52,588 nucleotides of DNA from Methanobacteriota archaeon (lineage in GTDB: Archaea > Thermoplasmatota > Thermoplasmata > RBG-16-68-12 > SOIM01), in NCBI GenBank assembly GCA_020345725.1, contig CP070767.1, positions 179,215-231,802 of the forward strand, read 5' to 3'. Every line of letters starts with the position of its first letter. The stretch's first letter is position 1. The notes under the pieces were generated by a model that was not told the DNA's origin, searched no databases, and worked only from the letters and a program-made list of their open reading frames with translations. Shown one piece after another: positions 25,019 to 32,348 of this stretch. A program made the translations under genes and the position numbers.

Positions 25019-25037
25019 CGTTTTTCTCAGGTTTTCT
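25019..25037 (+). terminator. Two oligo-T tracts (CGTTTTTCTCAGGTTTTCT) after the mini-gene
   Basis: T5 and T4 runs lie 12-30 nt after the TAG, in the convergent spacer before the nadA-like stop at 25058. Confidence 0.4.
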
Positions 25038-25057
25038 GTGGCTATTTGGATTGCCGT

Positions 25058-26134
25058 CTAGAGCAGCGTGGTTAGCGCCGTTTTGGCTCTTTTGGAAATG
25101 TCTTCGGAAACAGAAAGTTTGACTGCAGGGATTCTGGTCCTTCCCTCACTGGTTGTCTGAAAATGCTCCTTCTGGTGTACGTCAATCTCGTAGTATGGCT
25201 CGTCCTTGTACGCGTATTTGATATCCGCAATTGGTCCGCCGGTCTCCAGTATCATCTTTGCCTTCTGAACCCTTGGTACGGTGGTATAGGACATGTTGGG
25301 GCATCTCATATTGATTGAGTAGATGGAAAGGTCCGTTTCTCTCTTTAGCCTGTCCACAACGCCCTCCACAGTGCCGACCAACCATGTTGTCTTGTCGGAT
25401 TCCTTGGGGGTCCGTACGAGTCCACCAGTTCCCCCGAAGTAAGCATTCTTCTCAAAACCGAACTTGCGCAGAGGAGTATCGACCTCCGCGTGCATCTCCA
25501 ATCCTAGATTCTCACCGTGAAGCTTCACCAGCTCATCGTACGTCTCCATGAAGAAATCTGCCGGAACGTTGACGTGACTTGGGCAGAAGACGTCATTCGT
25601 TGGTATAGATATGACTTCGAAATCCGGATATTTGGGCTGGAGAACGTCCCTCATCCAGTTGTTCACATTGACATCGCCGATAAACGCAACTCTGCCCTTT
25701 CCGTTTCTTTCTTTGGCTATTCTCTCAGCAACATTCAGGCCGACCGTGCCGTTGTACACTCCATCGCACTCAGCCTTGATTGAGGAAGGTGTATTGATGT
25801 AGGCCAGTGTCAAATCAGGGTTGAGCTTCCTCGCCTCTTCTACATGGTTCACTGCAACGATATCAGTGTCTCTCTGCTTCTTGATCATGGGGCAGCGAGG
25901 TTTGTCTATGACACCGTCCTTAACCGTGATCTCGGGTATGAAGACCTCCACTTCTCCATCAGCCATGTTGTACAGATCCTCGGCCATATAGAGGACCCCG
26001 CAGAATAGGACTTTCTTTCTCTTGAACCTGGGAGCGTTCCTGACAATCGCGGTTGTCCCATACACAAAATCTGAGATTTCCTGGGTTGGACCATCCTGAT
26101 AATTGTGAGAAATTACCACCAGAGGTTCCGCCAT
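25058..26134 (-). CDS. nadA: Quinolinate synthase (NadA)-like [4Fe-4S] protein, divergent (358 aa from ATG 26134; the ORF-track N-terminal 44 aa overlap the upstream gene)
   Basis: Collinear with archaeal NadA as I remember it: VVISHNYQ, ISDFVYG, VLFCGVLYMAEDL, three Cys in RCPM / VFCPSH / MRCPNM, GGTGGL, and a C-terminal ISKRAKTALTTLL. Contains insertions relative to ~300-aa NadA. Confidence 0.65.
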   Translation of the reverse strand: MAEPLVVISHNYQDGPTQEISDFVYGTTAIVRNAPRFKRKKVLFCGVLYMAEDLYNMADGEVEVFIPEITVKDGVIDKPRCPMIKKQRDTDIVAVNHVEEARKLNPDLTLAYINTPSSIKAECDGVYNGTVGLNVAERIAKERNGKGRVAFIGDVNVNNWMRDVLQPKYPDFEVISIPTNDVFCPSHVNVPADFFMETYDELVKLHGENLGLEMHAEVDTPLRKFGFEKNAYFGGTGGLVRTPKESDKTTWLVGTVEGVVDRLKRETDLSIYSINMRCPNMSYTTVPRVQKAKMILETGGPIADIKYAYKDEPYYEIDVHQKEHFQTTSEGRTRIPAVKLSVSEDISKRAKTALTTLL

Positions 26135-26145
26135 TACCTTGTCTC

Positions 26146-27000
26146 CTACTTCTTCTCCCCCAAGAGGTACTTCATCGCTCCTACCACATCGCCCACCTTT
26201 GCTCCCCAGGGAACCATCGCCATCTTTCCTTCCTTGTCGAATCCACCGGTCTGGAGCTCGCAGCATTTTATCAAAGTCGGGACTCCTGATTTCTTTGCGA
26301 TATTCTTTGGGCAGATGTCTATGAGTGGCAGCTCCTTCCCGCAGAGATCCTTTGCCACTCTTCTTGAGAGATCACAGCCAACGATTGTTGCATCTGCTAT
26401 CTTGGGATTCTTGTCGATGTAGAGACACTTCTTCTTCGGGACCTTGGCTCCTCCCGCTTCACAGCCGAAGAGGATTTCTTTTGTCTTTGCTTTCTTTGCG
26501 AGCATCCTCATGTCGACAATTTCCTCTTTGATTCTGACAGGAGTCTTGACTTCTTCAGTCTTCAAGGCCATTTCAACGAGAGATGTAAGTTTAGCAGGAA
26601 ATGGTGGAACAACATCAACGACCCTGATATCCTTGAATCGGAGTTTGTGAATGAACGAGACGTGCTCGAATAGTCCCTTTACAACCACGGTGTCCTTGCG
26701 AGATCTGGATGCCCTTCTTGCAAGCAATGGTATGCTCAGAACGTCTACTCCCGGGTCCTCAATGAATGCAGTATTCTTTGGCAGGGAGATTATCTTGATT
26801 GACAAGATCTTGCTGAACAGTGCCTTCGTTTCTTTCTTTCTCAGCTCAACCACTGCGAACTGCCTCTTGTTTTTCAACACGACGTACTTGGTTCTTCTAT
26901 ATGCTCTCTTGCCTTTCAGTTTCTTATTGATTTCCTTCGCATCCAGTTTGAAATCGACATCCCAAACTGACACATCTCGGCAATGTTCTGGAATTATCAT
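26146..27000 (-). CDS. Hypothetical basic protein (284 aa from ATG 27000) with a Cys-rich C-terminal third
   Basis: The ATG overlaps the stop of the radical SAM gene (ATGA at 26997-27000). The C-terminal region has FGCEAGG, KKCLY, VGCD, DLCGK, DICPK and KCCELQTGG. No family recognised. Confidence 0.6.
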   Translation of the reverse strand: MIIPEHCRDVSVWDVDFKLDAKEINKKLKGKRAYRRTKYVVLKNKRQFAVVELRKKETKALFSKILSIKIISLPKNTAFIEDPGVDVLSIPLLARRASRSRKDTVVVKGLFEHVSFIHKLRFKDIRVVDVVPPFPAKLTSLVEMALKTEEVKTPVRIKEEIVDMRMLAKKAKTKEILFGCEAGGAKVPKKKCLYIDKNPKIADATIVGCDLSRRVAKDLCGKELPLIDICPKNIAKKSGVPTLIKCCELQTGGFDKEGKMAMVPWGAKVGDVVGAMKYLLGEKK

Positions 27001-28013
27001 TGACTCACCAACGGACACAGTGGATCGGTCGCGCAAAGATCTCCAGTATTCTCGTAAGCGGACGCTCTACAGCCTCCTCCACAGTAGACTAGATATTTAC
27101 AATTCATGCAAGTGTCTGAAAGACGGTCTATTGACCTCATCTTATCCAAGAATGCGTTGTCATTCCAAATATCCGCGAATTTCTGCTCACGGAGATTCCC
27201 TAGCTTCACAGAGAAGTATCCACACGGCTTCACCCACCCATCTGGGGTTATTGCACAGAGTTGCTTTCCGCAGACACATCTGGATCCAACGAAGGATTTG
27301 TCAGCCTTGTTTTCTGGTAGGTCTTTTCCAAGGAAATGGAAACTGGGAGTTATCAGCTGAAATGGAATGGTCAGGTTTCTTCTCTTCTCTTCTATGTATG
27401 AGAAAGCTTCTCTCATTGCTTCCGGATCGGGAATGTACTTCTCGTTCTCGCTGCCCCTGCCTACACTGACAAACGGTCTTACGCGAAAAGCATCCACTCC
27501 GAGACCAGTCACGAAGTCGATTATATCTGGAACTTCCTTGTGATTCTGCTGTGTTATTGTGAGTCTGACTGCCGTCTTGATGCCTTCTCCCTCCGCGGCC
27601 TTGATAGCCCTTATCGCCCGTTCGAATGCTCCCTTCATCCCCCTGAAGGCGTCATGAGTCTCTCCAAGTCCGTCTATGCTGACCTGTATCTCTGATACAC
27701 CTCTTTCCTTGAGTTTGGATGCTAACTCCTCGTCAAGCAGGATCCCATTTGTGAACACCCTGTATCTTATTGAATTCTCATTCAAGAATGATCCCAGCTC
27801 CAGAACTAAGTCCTTCCTGCAGAGCGGTTCTCCACCAGTCATTGTGAGAAGCTTCATTCCGTTCTCCTTCAAATCCAGAACCATGCTCTTCGCTTCTTCC
27901 ACGCTGAGCTCATCAGGTAGCGGTTGTCGTGCCTTCGCAAAACAATGGGGGCAGCTGAGGTTGCATGCCAGTGTTACCTGGTAGCGAACGTCTCGGATGG
28001 ACCACATATCCAT
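26997..28013 (-). CDS. Radical SAM enzyme with a C-terminal SPASM-type auxiliary-cluster domain (338 aa)
   Basis: Canonical CNLSCPHC (CX3CX2C) at residues 17-24, GGEPL, and a C-terminal Cys cluster CVCGKQLC...KPCGY...CMNCKYLVYCGGGCRASAY typical of SPASM/twitch maturases (anSME/PqqE/AhbD-like). Confidence 0.85.
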   Translation of the reverse strand: MDMWSIRDVRYQVTLACNLSCPHCFAKARQPLPDELSVEEAKSMVLDLKENGMKLLTMTGGEPLCRKDLVLELGSFLNENSIRYRVFTNGILLDEELASKLKERGVSEIQVSIDGLGETHDAFRGMKGAFERAIRAIKAAEGEGIKTAVRLTITQQNHKEVPDIIDFVTGLGVDAFRVRPFVSVGRGSENEKYIPDPEAMREAFSYIEEKRRNLTIPFQLITPSFHFLGKDLPENKADKSFVGSRCVCGKQLCAITPDGWVKPCGYFSVKLGNLREQKFADIWNDNAFLDKMRSIDRLSDTCMNCKYLVYCGGGCRASAYENTGDLCATDPLCPLVSQ

Positions 28014-28031
28014 TTAAAGAACAAGTGTTTG

Positions 28032-28040
28032 ATTATAAAA
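28032..28040 (-). promoter_or_regulatory. TATA box (TTTTATAAT on the minus strand) ~23 nt upstream of the radical SAM ATG
   Basis: The spacing implies a leaderless or near-leaderless transcript for the rSAM / unknown / nadA-like operon. Confidence 0.4.
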
Positions 28041-28106
28041 TGATTGGGATGTGCAGTCTCGAGAAGGCATGTTCCAATACATTATCAGTCGAATGACCCA
28101 TATGCG

Positions 28107-28610
28107 CTATTTTGCCCAGGGGCAGTTCTGTTTGTTGGGGCAGTCCTTACATTCATAGTACTTGTGGAAGAGAGGGAGTATCACAAAACCCACAATAACA
28201 AAGGACAGCGTCAAGGCCAGGAAGAACCATGAAAAATCGGTGAACAGCAAGAAGAGGCTGCCCAACAGGGGATAGATCCACACTAAGGATAGGAACGGAA
28301 TATATGTCTTGAACATCCTCTGGAACTGGGAGATATCTCTCCTTTTGAAGAGTTTGGAGGCAATCGTTCCATATCCAGAAGGACAGCGTCCGCCTCCATA
28401 CGAAGGACAGTAGGTACAGACATACCTGAGAAACAGGACAAGAGCCAGGACTATGAACGACAGGTAGAGAATACCGAAGAGAATCCCCACATATGATAGT
28501 ATTATGAATCCAAGAACGTAGGTGGTCAGACTCGGGATGTTGGCAATGACTGTTTCTTTTACTGTGGACCTTACCGCATGGTGTCCTATTGAAAATGCAT
28601 ACTTCCCCAT
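28107..28610 (-). CDS. Integral membrane protein (167 aa, ~4 TM) with two Cys-rich loops
   Basis: Hydrophobic segments (LTTYVLGFIILSYVGILFGILYLSFIVLALVLFL, FLSLVWIYPLLGSLFLLF, FFLALTLSFVIVGFVILPLF). Cys loops: CTYCPSYGGGRCPSGYG and a C-terminal YECKDCPNKQNCPW. Preferred over the overlapping alternative-frame ORF 28153-28620. Confidence 0.6.
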   Translation of the reverse strand: MGKYAFSIGHHAVRSTVKETVIANIPSLTTYVLGFIILSYVGILFGILYLSFIVLALVLFLRYVCTYCPSYGGGRCPSGYGTIASKLFKRRDISQFQRMFKTYIPFLSLVWIYPLLGSLFLLFTDFSWFFLALTLSFVIVGFVILPLFHKYYECKDCPNKQNCPWAK

Positions 28611-28672
28611 CTAACATCAAAAGACTTCCGATTTTGCATTTATCCTTTTGGAGTTGGAAGGATTTGAAGATG

Positions 28673-31600
28673 CTACTCCGGTTCTTGTTCCTTCTTCTTC
28701 CTCATCAATAGCAGGAGTGCTATCACTACAATTATGATGATGATTGCTGCTGCCAGAATGGGGATAATGGGTAGACCCGAAGGCTGTTCTGCCCTCTCAG
28801 TGATGTCTATCTCCCAGTCAGTATCTGGACGTCTGCCAATGTTATCCAGCGTATCGTTCGCCTCTATGTAGTACCAAACCCCATCAGTTGTAGCATCAGA
28901 GCCTGGAATTGTCGCTGTGAATGTATCTGAAGCGGACGGGGTCATTGCAATCCGAATATACGAACCAGCTTGTGATCTCTTGTAGAATAAGGAAGCTGTG
29001 CTTACCCCATTGCTGTCTGTTATGGTGGCTTCCACAGGTATGTCTTCACCAGCGGTTCCAGACGAGATAGCCTGATGATTTATCGTCGGAGGCGTGCTGT
29101 CGATTTCAAATGACCATACTGTTACATTGACATTCGAGGGCGAGGAAATGTCCTCAACTGTAAGTCGGACGTTGTGCGAGCCATCTGGCAGGGATGCTGA
29201 CAGAGTAAATGTCACTTGGTCCGCTGTGATCACCGCGGAACCTGTGACGTCAATTCCATCCACTTCGATGACGATGCTAGACAAGTCAACACCAGAAGCG
29301 TCTTCATAACCCGCACGTATGGTAGGTGTGTTGTCACTTGTTAATGAGTTGTTGGTGGGTTGGAGGGATGTGATGTTGGGAGCCAGTGTATCCACTATGA
29401 ACCACCAAGTTGCCGATGACATTATGCTCATAGGTGAATTGTCCCTGACCTCCAGGTATGCATTGTGTACCCCTTCTGTCAGTGGTGTTGCTGGCGTATA
29501 CGATATCTGTGAAGATGTGACAGTTGCAGATGATGTGAAGTCGATCCCATCAATCATAAGGATTACTCCTGCTGTGTCTATTCCAGACTCGTCGCTGTAG
29601 TTGGCGCCTATGACAGGCAGATTGTCACTTATGATGGACTGATTCAACGGTTGCATATCCATAATCTCAGGTGCCACTGGATTGACCAAGAACCACCATG
29701 TTACCGTTGCCCTGTTTTGCGGTGCAGACTGATCGCCAACCTCCAATCGGACATCATGCCGCCCTTCGGAAAGCGTAGATGCTGGCATATATGAAACGTA
29801 GTTCGGTGTCACCGTTGCCAGAGGTGTGACATCTATGAGATCAACGAATATTGTGACATCGGTTACGTTAATCCCAGAATCATCACTGTAGCTAGTTCTA
29901 ATAACTGGGGTGGAGTCCAATATTGTCGATTCATTTGCAGGCTGCTGTATCGTGATCAAGGGGGGAGTGGTGTCCACCAGGAACCACCAAGTCTTCGAAG
30001 CCACATTGTGATTCGCGGAATCGTCCTGAACTTCTAGATATGCATCGTGGAGACCTTCCGTCAAGGGTACGAGTGGTGTGTAAATAATGTCCAGCGGTGT
30101 TATTGTTGCCAGAGACGTTACGTCTATAGAATCTACTTCCAGAACCACAGTGGTAATATCTATCCCGGATGAATCCGCGTAGTCGGCTCTTATCACGGGG
30201 CTGGCGTCGCCTATGATAGATTCGTTGATTGGCTGCATGTTTGTGATTGATGGCGGTATCGTATCTACAATCGTTGTGTCAACATTGAACCACCATGTCT
30301 TTACTGCCGTGTTCATGGGTGTGGAGCTGTCATTGACTTGCAGAGAAACATTGTGCCTGCCGTTTGGCAATGGGACGACAGGCGTATACATCACTCCGGT
30401 AGGTGTGATTGTGGAACTGGCAGTCACATCTACTGTGTCCAACTTCAACATCACTGAGCCTGTATCTATCCCTGAAGGATCACTGTAGCTGGCGCTTATG
30501 GTTGGCGTGTCATCTCCGACTGTAGATCCATTGTTTGGCAGTAAGTTGGTAATGTCTGGTGGTTGTGTATCTACAGTGAACTGCCACGTGACCACCGCCT
30601 TGTTCTGGTTGATGGAATCGTCCCTGACCTCCAGATAAACGTCATGGATGCCATCAGAAAGAGGAAGAGCTGGTATGTAGGTCACATTGGAATCAGTAAC
30701 AATGGCCGAAGGTGTCCCATCAATACCATCAACCATTAGAAGAACGCTGGTGGTGTTGATGCCGGAAACATCGCTGTAGTTGGCGCCTATGATTGGCATG
30801 GCGTTTCCGATTACCGATTGGTTTATGGGCAGTAACCCAGAAATGACTGGTGGCGTTGTCTCCACAGGGGGGATTGTGAATGAGTTGTTGCTCTTATCCC
30901 AGTTGGTGCGAAGTGCAGAATCTGTTACGTTAACCCTGACATAGCAGTCAGAAGAGGGAGTGTTTGGAACCGTCCAAAGAAAGGTTCCGTCATTCGATTC
31001 CCCATCAGCGATTTGTGAATACTGTCCAGTTATTCCATCTATCGAATATTCGATTCGAATGGTTAGAGGAGCAGTTCCACCTGAGGCAGTCCAATTGATT
31101 GCGTGTTGAGTGCCGACCTTCCAGATCTCACCAGCATTGGGATCTTCCACCTCAACCTTCAATGGAGGAGATGTCTCATCGTTTATCCATACCTGAACAC
31201 CAAAACCCTCTCCAGCAGCGCCAATGTCCATGTATCCATCATCGTTAATATCACCTGCAGCCACACCTATGACCTTACCCACAGGCAGTGTTGCAGATGC
31301 ATCAGTCCAGGTGGACCCTCCGTCACCTTTCCATATCCTGATGCCATTTCCCCCGTAGCCAGCCGCCAATATGTCAGGGTATTTGTCCCCAACTAGGTCA
31401 GCCAGAATCACTCCATAGTACAGATCGTTAGTAGGTAGACCATTAGAGGCAAGAGTCCAATTGCTCGTGCCATCTCCCAGCCATGCCTTGATCCCGTGAC
31501 CGCCCATGTCCATCGAGGAGACAATGTCCAGGTTGCCGTCGAGATCGATGTCTCCCATGGTCACTCCGTTCCATTGATCGGTCCAGGGCAGTCCATTAGA

Positions 31601-32335
31601 CGCCTCTGTCCATATGCCTGTCCCGTCTCCAAGCCAAACATGAAGACCAGCACCTGCGGCAGCAAGATCGGTATTATTGTCATTGTTAACATCATCCATC
31701 CACACACTGAAGTAACTTCCACTTGTTGGAAGGTTTGTCGAGGCTTGCGTCCAGACACCTGCTCCGTTCCCAGTGAAAACCTTCACACCACCAAACACAT
31801 CATTCCCAACTGCAAGATCCAAGTTGTCATCATTGTTTATGTCAGCAAGGAATAGGCCTGTATTCCAAACCTCTCCAGGCAAGCCTGTGGAGGCAGGAGT
31901 CCAGGAACCTGCGCCATTGCCGGTCCAAACACCGACAGTGCCAGGACCATAGTCATAATTGGAGGCTGCAAGGTCCAGATCTCCATCGTTGTTGATATCA
32001 CCCAGACTCACGCCAGCATCGAAGGTCGTGCTTGGAAGGCCAGTGGAGGCAGGGGACCAGTTACCCGCTCCATCCCCAGTCCATACACGTACTCCTGAGT
32101 AGCCTGCTGTAGCAATGTCCAAGTTGCTGTCATTATTGATGTCACCGAACCAAATGCTATGCTGACTTGAGGCTCCTGGCAAACCAGCTGAAGCGGATAC
32201 AAAGCCAGTCCCTATCGGGTCCTCTTCTGAATGAGCTTGAACATCCATGGAAGTGAGCAAGTTCCCAAACGATGCCCCAATTAGAACCGCGGTCAAGGCG
32301 AGTGGGAACCAGCGAGTTGTTGACTTGAATTTCAA
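28673..32335 (-). CDS. Large surface protein (1220 aa, TTG start): signal peptide, FG-GAP/VCBS-type (integrin-alpha-like) beta-propeller repeats, six Ig-like repeats, C-terminal TM anchor
   Basis: N-terminal hydrophobic signal. About 7 repeats of GDINNDxxLDL...VWxGxGxGxW (aa ~60-385). Six ~97-aa repeats (aa 494-1081). C-terminus LPIIPILAAAIIIIIVVIALLLLMRKKKEQEPE. Confidence 0.8.
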   Translation of the reverse strand: MKFKSTTRWFPLALTAVLIGASFGNLLTSMDVQAHSEEDPIGTGFVSASAGLPGASSQHSIWFGDINNDSNLDIATAGYSGVRVWTGDGAGNWSPASTGLPSTTFDAGVSLGDINNDGDLDLAASNYDYGPGTVGVWTGNGAGSWTPASTGLPGEVWNTGLFLADINNDDNLDLAVGNDVFGGVKVFTGNGAGVWTQASTNLPTSGSYFSVWMDDVNNDNNTDLAAAGAGLHVWLGDGTGIWTEASNGLPWTDQWNGVTMGDIDLDGNLDIVSSMDMGGHGIKAWLGDGTSNWTLASNGLPTNDLYYGVILADLVGDKYPDILAAGYGGNGIRIWKGDGGSTWTDASATLPVGKVIGVAAGDINDDGYMDIGAAGEGFGVQVWINDETSPPLKVEVEDPNAGEIWKVGTQHAINWTASGGTAPLTIRIEYSIDGITGQYSQIADGESNDGTFLWTVPNTPSSDCYVRVNVTDSALRTNWDKSNNSFTIPPVETTPPVISGLLPINQSVIGNAMPIIGANYSDVSGINTTSVLLMVDGIDGTPSAIVTDSNVTYIPALPLSDGIHDVYLEVRDDSINQNKAVVTWQFTVDTQPPDITNLLPNNGSTVGDDTPTISASYSDPSGIDTGSVMLKLDTVDVTASSTITPTGVMYTPVVPLPNGRHNVSLQVNDSSTPMNTAVKTWWFNVDTTIVDTIPPSITNMQPINESIIGDASPVIRADYADSSGIDITTVVLEVDSIDVTSLATITPLDIIYTPLVPLTEGLHDAYLEVQDDSANHNVASKTWWFLVDTTPPLITIQQPANESTILDSTPVIRTSYSDDSGINVTDVTIFVDLIDVTPLATVTPNYVSYMPASTLSEGRHDVRLEVGDQSAPQNRATVTWWFLVNPVAPEIMDMQPLNQSIISDNLPVIGANYSDESGIDTAGVILMIDGIDFTSSATVTSSQISYTPATPLTEGVHNAYLEVRDNSPMSIMSSATWWFIVDTLAPNITSLQPTNNSLTSDNTPTIRAGYEDASGVDLSSIVIEVDGIDVTGSAVITADQVTFTLSASLPDGSHNVRLTVEDISSPSNVNVTVWSFEIDSTPPTINHQAISSGTAGEDIPVEATITDSNGVSTASLFYKRSQAGSYIRIAMTPSASDTFTATIPGSDATTDGVWYYIEANDTLDNIGRRPDTDWEIDITERAEQPSGLPIIPILAAAIIIIIVVIALLLLMRKKKEQEPE
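29093..30856 (-). repeat. Six tandem coding repeats (~291-306 nt each) of an Ig-like domain
   Basis: Consensus PPxITNxxPxNxSxIxDxxPxIxAxYSDxSGIDxxxVxLxVDxIDVTxxATxTxxxxxYTPxxPLxEGxHxxYLEVxDxSxxxNxAxxTWWFxVDT. Copies are diverged at the DNA level. Confidence 0.85.
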
Positions 32336-32348
32336 ACGAACACCGTGA

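Noticed and set aside
26135-26266. N-terminal 44 codons of the 402-aa ORF (MLRAPDRWIRQGRKDG...).
   Set aside because: This stretch overlaps the 3' end of the upstream gene (stop at 26146) in another frame. The NadA-like homology only begins at MAEPLVVISHNYQ (ATG 26134), so the extension is most likely not translated.
28153-28620. Alternative-frame 155-aa ORF overlapping the membrane protein gene.
   Set aside because: Its translation lacks coherent TM segments or motifs, whereas frame 28107-28610 gives a clean polytopic membrane protein.
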